This document shows positions 34,206 through 46,147 of a stretch of 52,388 nt of DNA, piece after piece. Location of the stretch: NCBI GenBank assembly GCA_900088475.1, contig FLMG01002770.1:1-52388 (forward strand), given 5' to 3'. The position numbers and the translations under genes were made by a program. The notes below the pieces were generated by a model. It ran no database searches, was not told the DNA's origin, and worked only from the letters and a program-made list of their open reading frames with translations. Origin of the DNA: Hyphochytrium catenoides (taxonomy: Eukaryota; Protista; Hyphochytriomycota). Positions within the stretch are counted from its first letter, which is position 1. Every line of letters starts with the position of its first letter.

Positions 34206-37200
34206 ATGGCTACCCATATTCCGACCAGGGCCGAGCAGCGACAGGAGGCCGTCTTCCGAGAGACAGAAGACAAGAAGGAGGTAAGCGTAAGACCTGCTGC
34301 GGGAAAGCAGGGGAATAGTGCTAACGGCGCAGGGGCGCAGGATAGGATGAAGGGGTGGAGGGGAACGGCATAGGGACAAAGCAAAGAAACCTCGTGCATA
34401 TTCACAAATTGTGGAGGAGTAGATTGGAAGTATAACCAATCCTCCGTAGATTCTAGTGGAGATTACTATTGATGGAAAGGCAAAGCACATGCAGAGGCAC
34501 AGCGAGGAGCCTTCGAGTTCATTTCTTCGACGAGCCAAGCTGCTGGTAAGTCCGCTGTTTGCTCTCTTCTTTCAAACCTTCTGCGGCTACTCTTCACCGC
34601 AATCGAGGACTTATAAAAATGCAATCTTGTGCTCCTATGTATCTGTTTTTGTCTTTGGCTCTAGACAAACCCATGGATCACACCGGCAAAGTATCCCAAG
34701 AAGTCGAGCCTACGAAAAAAGAAGAAGAAGGATAGAGAAGCGTCCTCTTCTACAGATCCTCCAGCTCCGCTGCCTGCACACACACTTCGTCGTTATGCCT
34801 TTCTAGACCAGAGCGGGGAGGAGCTTCCAGAGAACTTGTCTCTTAGACAAGCCCTAGAAAGGGCCCAGACTCTGGTCCTTGGGGAGGTCCTCTATGATCT
34901 CCAGGTGAATCCTCCCACCGCACTGGAGCTGTCCCTTCCACAGGTTGCCATCGAAGGCTGTGAGCTTCTACCTTTCTATCGAACCCAGTACACTGATCGT
35001 TGCTTGTGGACGTGGCGGCGAAAGGAGAAGGATCAGGAACAGGGAGTTATAGTGGGTAAGTAACAAAGCAGAACCTTTTAAGGGCAAAGAGACAAAATTA
35101 GCGAGGCAAACCGAGATGGCAGTTGGACCTTTGAAACTATATGTCCTTGGAGAGTTGGTGTCTTTGAGGAGGCTGAAGTGTACCGCAGAATTGCTCAGAC
35201 GGGGGAGTACGGAAGCAGCACAGGGTCTGTATTACCTTCTCTGGGCATTGTTGGGTTACGAAGTGGATGAAGGATAGGAAGAGCAAGTGTAAGGTAAAAT
35301 CATGGGGCGAAGCTAAGGTGGCTTGACAGTGTGATGGACGGTAGTCTGAATGCCCAGCACAACATGGGGAGACGTTCATGTGAAACTCAGCCTTTTTCAT
35401 CAGGTGAATATGAAGCCTATGAGCCCTCAGCTTTGGATGTCGGCAAGATCCTGGAGGTCACGTGCCAACCTCTACTACGGATCTCGCCCACGGAAAAGAG
35501 GAAGGGGAGACCTCGGTCAGCGGAGACCACTGAGGTGATTAGTCTGCCTGATCAAGCACCCTATAAAGAAAGAAGCATGGCGACCAAACAGCCAGTTTGG
35601 TGCCTCTCCTCCGATCCACCTATTGTTACGCTAAAAGGAAACGAGAAGGCCTCTTCCCCTGTAAGCCTTGTAGAAGAATCAGAAGGTATAAAAGGGAACT
35701 AGGCTTTGACAGATGGGGAGGGAGCGTGTCTGAATAAGAGGTCGTTGGAAGTATCGTTGAGTTGCAGATTTCGATGGTTGAAAGAGAGGATCAGTGAAAA
35801 GAAGCGTCGTCAGGATGGATAGGTCGAGGAGGCGTCCGGAGCAAGGAGGGGCCGGATGCCAATGACTGTATAAAGAGAATAATTTGTTTGCCGGATTGAC
35901 GCTCAGCAATGAGAAAGAGATAGGCAGTCAATGGACAGCGGCTAACCCTATCTTTCCGCTTTTGCACAGTGGTCTCCTCTTTGAGCTTGGTTGAAAGCAC
36001 GGACTTCCGTCTAATGACGTACAATATTCTGTTCCACGATTTTGCCACTCCTGAGCAGTATCCGTACTGCAACCCGAAGAACCTCGTGCAGGAGAGAAGA
36101 ATGCAACTAGTCTTGAGGGAGATTTTGCTCTCAAATAGCGATGTCATCTGCATGCAAGAGATGGGCGAACACGTTTTCGAGAACTACTTTCTGAGGTACT
36201 TGGACCGTCACGGTTATGATGGTTTCTACAGCGGCAAGCATGGCCTTTCCCGGGAAGGGTTGGCCACCTTCGTCCGAACAAAATGTTGGGACGTCCTACG
36301 TCGGGTGGATCTCCCTCTCGGCTCAGCGTTTCCGGAGGTGTTACCGGATCTTTTCGCCCAGCTAGAGGCTTATCCAGCAACCCGAGAAACGCTGTCTGGA
36401 TTGCCCAACGCTGCCCAGCTAATGATCATGCAGCACAAAGTGGATACTTCCAAGTTAATTTTGTTGGTAAATACTCACTTGTACTACCACCAGCATGGAC
36501 ATCCTTTGAGGATCTTGCAAATGGCCCTCATATTAGAGAAAGTGCGTCAGCTCATCGAGGAAGTATCTTCAGGTAGGATGATGAAAGCATCTGAGGAATG
36601 GCTCATTCGCGTCGTGTATGGCCTTCCTATCGTGATACCTCATATCACTTTCGTACTTGTTCATCCTGCCTCTGCACGTGTAGTGACAAGTAGGCCATGC
36701 CTTATGAGAGATATCTTCGTGTTGCCTGGCGGAAGGGACAGCTGTCTGGACCGCGCTAGACTTACATATATATCTCGTTGTCGTCGTTTCCCTGTCACTA
36801 CATCTCTCAGAGCTTCCCCGGCCCTCGGTAATCATTTGTGGAGACTTTAACTCTCTGCCGGAGAGTGCATTGGTCAGCTTCTTGCGAGACGGAAGACTAG
36901 GCACAGATCATCCAGACTGGGCTCACGGTAGGCTATTCAAGCGCACAAAGCAAGACTTCATAAGCAACAACGGTTCCCTAGATGGAGAAGGGATCAGATT
37001 AGATATCCCTCTCTCGCACAAATTTAAGTTGCAGCTTCAGGAACCCTTATTGCCTTTCACGAACTACGTTAGAGGTTTCCAGGAGGTACTAGATTATGTC
37101 TTTATAGAGGAGACCTTGGAATTTTTACGTCCTATTCCTGGTGTGGATCCTAGGTAAGTCCTCCTTCCTTGGGGTCAGCTGAGCTTTGCCCTTATCTTCC

Positions 37201-37331
37201 ATCTGCTTGGTCCTCACTCCATGTTTGCTCTTGCCAGTTATTTCTCGCAGGAAGTCGCTTTGCCGTCTTCAATATTCCCATCGGACCACATTCCACTTAT
37301 TTATGACATCCACTTCAAGGAGGATAAGTGA
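34206..37331 (+). CDS. PDE12: 2',5'-phosphodiesterase 12 / CCR4-like EEP-family deadenylase, multi-exon
   Basis: EEP motifs MTYNIL, DVICMQE, VNTHLYY, ICGDFN, FTNYVRGFQEVLDYVF and FPSDH. The PDE12-like N-terminal region includes QVAIEGCELLP and DVGKILEVTCQP. Confidence 0.85.
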
Positions 37332-37421
37332 GGATCCTTCTCTCCGACCGCCGCACTGCTGGGCGTGGCGGATGAATAAATATTGCAGAGCGGCCCACGT
37401 AGCCGCATCTGTCTGCTACTC

Positions 37422-39990
37422 TTATGTCAGGGAAGAGAAGAGCAGATTCGTGTTGGCCTGAAAGAGAATCTCTTTCACTGTCATGACGTCAATAGTTCCT
37501 GAATCCAACGCGTGAGCGATTTTTGAGACGGCCCTAGTGTATGTGAGAGGGGAACTTAGTAGTAGGCCGACGCAAGTAAACAAGGTTCGGAGGGCAAGCT
37601 GAAAAGCTAGATCAAAGAGAAGAGAGAGGAATAGAAGATTGGGAGAATGCCCTGACTTTATAAATTTCGGCCCACGGTCAAGGGCAGGCTTCCTGCCATC
37701 CCGCCGAGGGTCACCTTCCCAGCCGTTGATCCCTGCCATGCACAGCCACCTGGTGGACTGTAATAGAAGAGGTCTAGGACAAAGAGGAATGGCTTAGGAA
37801 ATAAACCGAGGAGGAATGGATGAGTGGGCTCTATACTCGTATGGCGCCTTGGTCACCGGGTCCTTTAGTCCACTGAGCCATTCAGAGAGCTTTTCAAACC
37901 GTCTCTCCGGCTAAAAGATGGAACGGAAAAGATGGCAAGGGGTGAGGTGTACACGAGAACTGGGAGAGCGCTCAGGCAGCCTTACTTACGCGGAACCAGA
38001 AGACCGTGCCTCCCTCTTCTTTCTGTAGTAGGATCTCCTGAAAGTCCTATAAAGAGAATCTATTGACCACCCGCTTCCGTAGCAGCGAATGATCATCTTG
38101 CCTACCTCTGAGAGCTTTATCCGGTACTTGGTCTTTCGGGAAGCCTCAGCCGACGGAAATGCCCTGTAATAAGGCTGAGGTGAATGCTCGTGAACGGCTC
38201 CCTTTTCTTAGACAGCTTGCTCTGACTCTGCCTGCCATCTCCCTGGTGATTCCTCGTCTGTCCTGACAGGGTAGTCGCCCTACACCATCTCTCCTCCTGA
38301 CACTTCTCTCCTTGTATTCCACTGATCTTGGTGGCTCTTATTTCTATATACTGCCCTATATCTCCGCACCAAGCTATGAGTAGGCGTACGCCTCACCATT
38401 CTCTCTCATAGTCAAAGATCCAGAGTGAGTCCTGGAGAAGGGTGGGTGAGAACGTCTGGGGCAGCAGAAAGGGCTTAGTCATCAGTAATCTATTGGAATG
38501 CATGGAAAAGCGACTCTCACCAAGTAGTGCTCCTGGAGAGATGGGAGGGATAGAAATACGGTACGCTTCTGGTTGTGTCCCTCTTCTCCTGCCATGATGT
38601 GGGCTTCAATGGAGCCCACCAGTGCTTTCTTTCTCACTTCTAGCTCTCGGAGCTGGGCGACTACTGAGTGGATCTGATAGAGAATTAGCCTTCAGGTCAC
38701 TGTTCTCGCATGCTGCGGCGATCACCTCCTCTACGTCTTCCTGTCTGATCGCCGCTTTGTGTCTGTCCACTCTGGAGTCTTTCATGATCAGTTGTAGATC
38801 TAGCTCCACCTGGGAGGTGTGGTCAAGCTCTGAAAAGAGTAATAAAAACGAAGAATGCGGTTCTCAATACCAGGCTCTCGAAAGAACTATTGGGTATGTA
38901 CGCCCCGCGCGCCTGGAGAAGCTCCCTTAACTCCTTCCGCGTCAAACCTCTGGGGTCTGTCACGGCCCACTGACGATCCTTTATCCTAAGGATTACAGTG
39001 TCCTCGTTTCCCAAGCCTATGTTCAGCACGGCGTTAGACTGCGAACCCTTAGAACGGCGAGTAAGGCAAAAGTTTGGACCATAGTGCGAGAAGGTGACCG
39101 TGTCTTGGAGCTCTCTGCCTCTAAAGAGATAGCTGCGGCTTGCCTCTGGTGTGTCATAGAATGGAAGGTCCGTGTTTAAGGCGATCTGGTCTGCTACTGC
39201 CTTCCGCAGATCAAGTACACGGCCATCCTATTCATTTGCGAGAGCGATGTATCTTCAGCTCAAGTTGAAGCTTCACCAGAAATTTGTAGGGGCTCTGCTT
39301 GGCTCACCTGTGGGAGCTCCACTTCGAACTCATATTTCTTGCCTTCAGCCTGGCAAACCCTTACATACACAATGAAAGACTGAACAGCGAGGAGTGACTT
39401 GAGCTGCGAGACGGAATTGTGAAGTTGAGTGGCTAGAAGGCTGCATCAGTCTTACCGTCGGCAGGACGACATTCCGCTGGGACCGCTTGCTTTGAGCCTT
39501 TGGGCTCTGCCGCCAATTGCCTCTAGAAGGTAGCACTTGGGCTCTAGAGCTCTTAAAGTTCATAGCTTATTGACCAAGAGCCCCGGAGACTTACTTATCC
39601 TCCAGACAGAATAGGTTACAAGGCGTCATGGCAAGCTCCAAACCCCCGCCCTCACCATTCATACTTCCATAGATGCTAGCCCTCTCCTCATCTCCTTGGA
39701 CGGCAGTGCCTAGGCCTCTGACGCTATCAAAAGAAGAGTCTCGGTGCTGCCGTTCAGCCGCCACACCTTGAGAACGCGGTATGATCTGACGATGACTAAA
39801 GCTCTAACCCTAGCTCCTCCTACCTCGCCTGGCGATATCCTCTGCTCTAGCCGAGCTCGCTCTTCGGGCTCAGGCTTCAGGTCCTTCTCCGTCCTCTCCC
39901 TGATGAGTGAGTTGAACAGGTGTGGGCGCCGCTCAGGTAACGCCCTATCTATCAGACCTCCTCCAGGAGTCTGTTGAAGGCAAACACTCC
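37422..39990 (-). CDS. Hypothetical multi-exon protein (5' end uncertain)
   Basis: Chain of GT-AG-bounded open segments, e.g. PERRFEKLSEWLSGLKDPVTKAPYE / STRWLCMAGINGWEGDPRRDGRKPALDRGPKFIK / AVSKIAHALDSGTIDVMTVKEILFQANTNLLFSSLT* and VELDLQLIMKDSRVDRHKAAIRQEDVEEVI. No family recognised. Confidence 0.55.
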
Positions 39991-40320
39991 ATTTCTCATC
40001 ACGCTGGTGATGGAAGAGAAGAGAAGAGGAGAAGTCCTCCTTGGGTCATGATGGTGAGAATCTCCTAACTAGGGAGGATCAGCTTTATAAGGAAAGAGTA
40101 TTCTCTCTATCATCTCCCTCATTCAGAGCCCTATGGACGTACAGCAGCAGCTCTAAGTAGGCCTGAGCCACCTTGCCTTCCCTTACGTTGAGATCTGTTC
40201 GGTGAAGTCTACCGCAGCGTGTAAACTCAGCACCAAGGATTGTCTGTCTTGGCTTCTTTTGGCTGCTCACAGTTGAAAGGGCATCCGTGGAGGTTAGGGT
40301 CGAGGTCAAGTCCCAGGATA

Positions 40321-41154
40321 ATGAGATTGGTCCTTCAGCGCGTTGGCTCTGCGGCCGTAACTGTCGAAGGGGAAGTGATCTCCTCCATCGGCAGGGGTCT
40401 GGTGTGTTACGTCGGTATTGGTAAGACGCTTAATGTAGGTCTGATAACAAACAGCGGGCACTAAAGCCCTGTACAGGTGTCGACGACACGCCCCAGGACG
40501 CCTTGTGGGCCGCGAAGAAGCTCCTGGTGAGTTGCCTCGCCATGTCCGGCGCTGCTGTCATTGTTACCTACCTCACCTTTCCTGCTCTGCTTACAATCGA
40601 CGACCGGGCCTCCTTGAAACCTATATTGAGTAGGACATTCGGTTGTGGTCCAATGAAGAGAAAAACTGGAACCTTTCTACCAAGTCCATGGGCTACGAGG
40701 TACTGCTGGTCTCACAGTTCACGTTATTTATGGAGCTTAAAGGCAACAAGCCTGACTTCCACCTAGCTAGTAAGGACCTTATGCAAACCTATTTCCAGAA
40801 GTTGAATGCTAATTTCCTCAATAGTGCCGCCACTAGCAGCTGAGCCGTTCTACGACGGCTTTGTAGAGGAGGTCAGGCGACAGTATGACTCCAGCAAGGT
40901 CAAGACAGGAGTATTTGGGGCCATGATGGATGTCTCATCCGTAAGTACCGCCACCCTTCGCCTCTCAAACAGCTCTCATCCGAAGCTTATAGCTGTCTGT
41001 GTCCCAGGTCAACCTTGGTCCAGTAACTGTCAACTTAGACTCTAGCGGGAAGGGCAACAATGGCAGTCGAAAGGCCAAAGTAGGGACTGGGCCTAACAAG
41101 AAGAAAGTTTCTAATAGTGAACCCGTACAGGACGTAGGTGCCTCCCTAAGTTAA
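40321..41154 (+). CDS. DTD1: D-aminoacyl-tRNA deacylase, multi-exon
   Basis: [26 protein letters not shown], signature [26 protein letters not shown] and N-x-GPVT. Stop TAA at 41152-41154. Confidence 0.93.
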
Positions 41155-41175
41155 ATAAAGATATGATACGAGCTA

Positions 41176-41690
41176 TAGATGAACTGGTGTCCTACTATTC
41201 CCCATCTTCAGGCAGCATGTCGAGATGAGTGGCCTCCCGATAGAGCAAAGCGTAACTGTGGACGGTGTCAATCTAAGGTCCATCCATTACAAAGGGCAAC
41301 AGATCTGCTAGAGACTTACATCTGAATGAATGCTGCTGCGACTCCGAAAAAGAGGAGGATAAGGATGGCCTTGAACTGCTCCCAGAGTGCTTGGTGCCAC
41401 TTTAGCTCCTTGTCACTGAGAAGTAAGACCGGTCAGATACAGTGAAGAAGGCGGCTTTTGGTGCGTTACTCTAATCATCTACTCACAAGAAGACATTATA
41501 GGCCATCCCCAATATGCCGACCACGATTGCGACGACGAGGGCCACATGCACATAGTTTTCCGAGTCAAAGGGCTGCATTTCGAAGGACTGATATTCCTTG
41601 TACGCATACTCGAAGACATCCTGGACGGAGACTTGCAAAGACACCATCATGATTAGGAACCAGGGCCAGCTCGCCAAGCACGGCTGTACG
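41176..41690 (-). CDS. Small unknown membrane protein (several exons; both ends uncertain)
   Basis: Hydrophobic exons YVHVALVVAIVVGILGMAYNVFL and QFKAILILLFFGVAAAFIQ are each followed by a GTGAGT or GTAAGT donor. Confidence 0.5.
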
Positions 41691-42488
41691 ACGTTCGGGT
41701 AGCTACTGGGAAGAACAGCACAAGGCCTTTCCTACTTAAGCTTTGACTGCTGGAAGTCTAGAAGTGACTTGAAGGATGGAGAAGACGCCTGCCTCAGAAG
41801 GGAAAGTTGTCTAGCTAAAATGTCCCTGGCGAGTTGCGCTAAGACCCTGTGGCTTGGGTGGCTTGTCTGATGCTGGAAGGCGGTCGGTCGGGCGCTGCTT
41901 GTCATGTGAGCGCAAGAGGTGATGCGAACTATCAGAACAGAGAAAGCCTCGATTGAGAGAAAGGCGGTTCACTCTCCCACCCAACTAGCCGCGCAGTAGT
42001 CCATAGCTCCATTCAGCGAAGGTACATCATGGCATCATACCCACTCCTTATCAGCCGCTAACGGCCATACGTACGGCATTTCTAGGGTGTTCTGATGAAC
42101 AACGTTCTGGTTCCCAGCTTAGTACTGTATACCTTGTATTGGCGAACGGTCGATGTTCGTTGTCGTTGTTTGGTTCTTTGTTTCTCAGCACTTGGACCTC
42201 TCTGTCCCAACTTTTTATGAGAGCCTTTACAAGCTCGTCTTGACCTCCACTGCTCATCATTCATCATACATCCCTCGCCGACGAACGACCAGCAGCAAAA
42301 GGCCATGACCTGGAGCGGTCGGTCGCCTCCCCCATCTGATCCATCAGTCACCGGCTATCTGCACCAGCCTCTGCATCACTCTTCTGCAGCGGGAGAGTTG
42401 TTGAAGGAAGCGGCATTCAAACGCGACGGGTTCTCGCTGCTGCAGTAAGATTGAATGTCTCCTTAGTAGTGCTGTCAGTGGACGGAGG

Positions 42489-43120
42489 ATGGACGCAGAG
42501 CAGCTCAAAGCTGGCACCTGCGCGTTAGCTAGCTCCTATTATGCGGTGCTGGGCCTGCCTGACAGTGCATCGGACGCAGAGATTAGATCGGCGTATCGTC
42601 GTGCGGTGCTAGAATGCCATCCAGACAAAGCTGCGAATCAGAACCACGAAGACATCATGGTGAGAATATCAGCTAGGATTACCATTTGAAACTTGACTTC
42701 TGCTAACCGCTGCATCTAAGACTCACGACAGGTTCATAGAAGTCCAGAAGGCCTGGGAACATCTATCCGATCCTTTGAAGAGGGCAGCTCATGATGAGCT
42801 GCTCACAGGTGAGGGCAGATTCTACTTTCCGTGCTAGACTGTAGCTAACTCCATGGACACAGGCAAAGTCGTAAAAGTAAGCTCTGCTGAGGAGGTGGAC
42901 CTTGCAGAATGGCTGGAGAACGAGGAGCAACAGATATTTTCATACGATTGCCGCTGTGGCGGCACATTTTTGGTAAGCTGTAAGGCAAGTCATGAGTCAG
43001 ACAAGCGGCTTACTTTTTCTGTTTTTATAGATAACTTATGAGGATCTAGAGTGCGGGGATGACGTCGTACAGTGCGACAACTGCTCGCTATCTATCAGGG
43101 CCATATATCAGGTCCAGTAG
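42489..43120 (+). CDS. DPH4: Diphthamide biosynthesis J-protein (J domain + CSL zinc finger)
   Basis: YYAVLGL...HPDK J-domain, FIEVQKAWEHLSDP, then YDCRCGG and VVQCDNCSLSI (CSL finger). Four exons; TAG at 43118-43120. Confidence 0.92.
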
Positions 43121-43200
43121 CGATCTTCCATGCGCGATCTCTGAGCTTTGTCCTGCCTTTGCAACCAATGAAGGACTATTCCGTCATGGCAGAAGAACCT

Positions 43201-46147
43201 TTACCACTCGATGTTGCTCTGGCCGCAGCCCGAGTCCACCGTGCCACAGTTACCTCCAGAAGAGATGGGTCGGACTGCCTTTCCTTTCATGGCAGCCACA
43301 AAGAGATCCTTCTTGTACCTCGAGTACAGGGACTGGATACCGCCACCCTGAAGGAAGTTCTCCTCCATATCGGTAAGGGAAAAAGGGAACACCTTGTCAA
43401 GGCCAGAGACCTTCACCACTCGATTCTCCACATCAACGGTGACCTATAGGTTGGCACCATTAGCGCACACTTGGAAATGTCAGCAAGCTTCCGAAAGTGC
43501 AAGCTCTGCTTACCTCTGCGCCTTCAACCGCGTGCTCATAAAAATCTTCATCAGTTATCGTGATGCCCAGCAGCGCATTGTTGGGCTGATTTCTAGCGTA
43601 AATATAAGCAAAGGATTTTGCAATAACCGCCTTCACGCCCACGGCCTTTAGACATCTTGCGGCTGAAGGCGGAACTCAAGTGAGTTACTCTAAAGACAAA
43701 GGGCAACCACTCTCATCCGAATGCTGCTTTACCTTCCTCACGCGATGAACCACTGCCGAAGGCCTGTCCAGCTACGATGATATCCTGTCCAGCCCTCACT
43801 CGACTAACAAACTCGGGCCGCACGTACTGCACGGTTACGAAGTTCAGACTTTAGGACGATATTAGCGACCGAGGAACGACCTGAAGGTCACGTACCGCAA
43901 AAGATTTCTCTGCCAAGAATTCCTCTTCGTTCTTGCAATGGGGCAGCCATAGGGGAGAAGTTGGATCTAGACCCATGAACTGTGCTGGGATGACAGCGTC
44001 TAATAGCAAGGTTTTTAAGGCACAGTTGTCGACCAGACTTCCTAAATGTTTTTGCCAACGTACCTGTATCAATATTGTCCTCAAACCTCTGCACACGCCC
44101 GGTAAGCTTTGAAGGCAATGAAGCTATAAACTCGTACACGCTGCGTGTATCGCTGGATTCTTCCCCTCGGATAGGTTGGGGCTCTGATATTGTAAACGGC
44201 ACTGGCTCGCTGTTCCCAACCCATCCACGATAGGAGTCAAAAAGCCCCTGGTCGATTGCCGCTATGAGTGGTTCCGGATCAGTAACCTATCGAGTACAGA
44301 GAGGTTAGGCTCGATCTTTCGGATGTGCAGCTTCCGATGCCGTACCTCCATGTTGAAGCTTGAGGCAGCTACGCACGAAGCCGAGGCCAGGTTTCCTATG
44401 GCGCCTTTCCCCATACGGTTCCTGAAGTTCCTATTTTGACTTGAAAGCCACACCTCGCCTTCACCAGCCTAAAAGTTTCATGAGCCCTTAGTGAGCTAAC
44501 ACGAGCACCCATATTGTCCTGAAACCTACCACATCTGCCGCGATACCGACGCAGTAGCTGCAACCAGGCTGGCCAACCTAAAGAGAAATGTTATCAGGGT
44601 TTGGATTGAAGGGTGTACAAGAAAAAGACGGACATAAGGTAGGGAACAGATGAGCTTCATATGACCACAGATAGTCAAGTTGTGAGTATATAAGCGTACC
44701 GTGAAGCCTGCTTTTCTATATATATCCAGCAGTCCCAATTTTTCTAGCTTATCTATGATGATCAGACTGCCAGGGGTGACCCTGCGGATTCCATTATTTA
44801 CAGGAGTCAACCCTTGGTTAAGTCCTGCCTGGAGCACCATCGCACCCAGAATCAGATCCTCCTGTGGATGGCGTCCTCGTTAGCCCCTTCTCTTAAGTCA
44901 TTCTCGCGGTCACAAAGGGTACCTGAGTCGTGGTGCAAGCCCCAATAAAGCATCCGTCGAGTTTCATTCCTAGCTTCTCAGTAACAGGCACACAATTATC
45001 TGGGGAGGGGTAAACGGCAATCTGTGATACCACCTTCGACAAGTCAATTATATGGTGAGCTGCATAGTTGCAACCTGTACCCAGCGTGTCACGTGCAAGG
45101 TAAGTTTGACAGGTGAAGGCCCAAACAGACTTTTCTTCCTACCAGGATCCGATCTGAAGTACAGCCCTTCCTCATTATGGTTTGGCCTATTCTTCAGTAC
45201 TCTAGCGGTTATCTCATCTGCGACAAACACACCTTCATGGCAGCAATGAGAAATATCAGCGGCTAAAGTTACGATCATCTCATCCTCAACGATCATCATC
45301 ATCATCAATGGGGATATATCAGCGGCTAAAGTTACGATCATCTCCGTTTGCGCTTGACTCCCAAATAAGACACTTGACTCACCCGCAATGGCGCCAAACT
45401 CTGTACTCATGTTCGCAATAGCAAACCGTGCATCGTCAGAAAGATATTTCAACCCCTCGCCACCATAGAGCACTGCCCTCTCCAAAGCGACTGTGTTCCT
45501 CTTGAGCTCCCCCAAAATGTGAAGAATGATGTCCTTCCCACCAATGCCAAACTTGGGCTCTCCCACCAGCTCAATGTAGACTACCTCTGGCACTCTGAAC
45601 CACGTCTGGCCTGTGACCAAGGGCATGACTACATCTCCAGCACCTAGGCCAACCGCGAATGCACCCATTCCACCACCACTGCACGTGTGGCTGTCTGCAC
45701 CAATGACAATTTGGCCAGGCTGCGCCCTTTGCCGTGCGAACTCAGTGTGCATAATAGTCTGATTCGGTCCCCAAAAGTCGGTAAGCCCGGCTTCCTCCGC
45801 AAAGTCAGAGGCCAGCTTGATTAGGGCCTTGGGCTTCGGTTCATGTACGTTCCTCGGGTCCACTACAGCAGACTGTGTAAGAAGGTCACCAAAAGGATAT
45901 CCCACAAGAAGCACATACCCGTATGATCGATGGCCAGCCAGAAGCGATCTGGTCGATGAATCTTGGGCCTTCCAATCGCAGTGTAAAGCTTGTCCATGCC
46001 TTTCCATGTTAGTTCACTGGCAATGGACCAATCTGCGTTGACGCAAATGACATCACCAACCGCAACGTGGTCTTTCTTCCATCCCACAGCATGGTGGTAG
46101 AGGATCTTTTCAATGACATTCATCGGAGGTTTTCCGCTTGCCGGCAT
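43201..46147 (-). CDS. Aconitase-superfamily [4Fe-4S] dehydratase, fused large (LeuC/HacA-like) + swivel (LeuD/HacB-like) domains; substrate unknown
   Basis: [23 protein letters not shown] (Fe-S Cys ligands) and [12 protein letters not shown] in the large domain. The swivel domain has [14 protein letters not shown] and [13 protein letters not shown]. Multi-exon; an extra 5' exon is possible. Confidence 0.88.
45253..45344. repeat. 29-bp perfect direct repeat (63-bp period) inside an aconitase-gene intron
   Basis: ATATCAGCGGCTAAAGTTACGATCATCTC at 45253-45281 and 45316-45344. Confidence 0.93.

Noticed and set aside
21319-43120. Functional cluster of translation/RNA genes (IF-2, PDE12, DTD1, DPH4)
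   Set aside because: They act in different compartments and pathways and are interspersed with unrelated genes; chance is sufficient in a compact genome.
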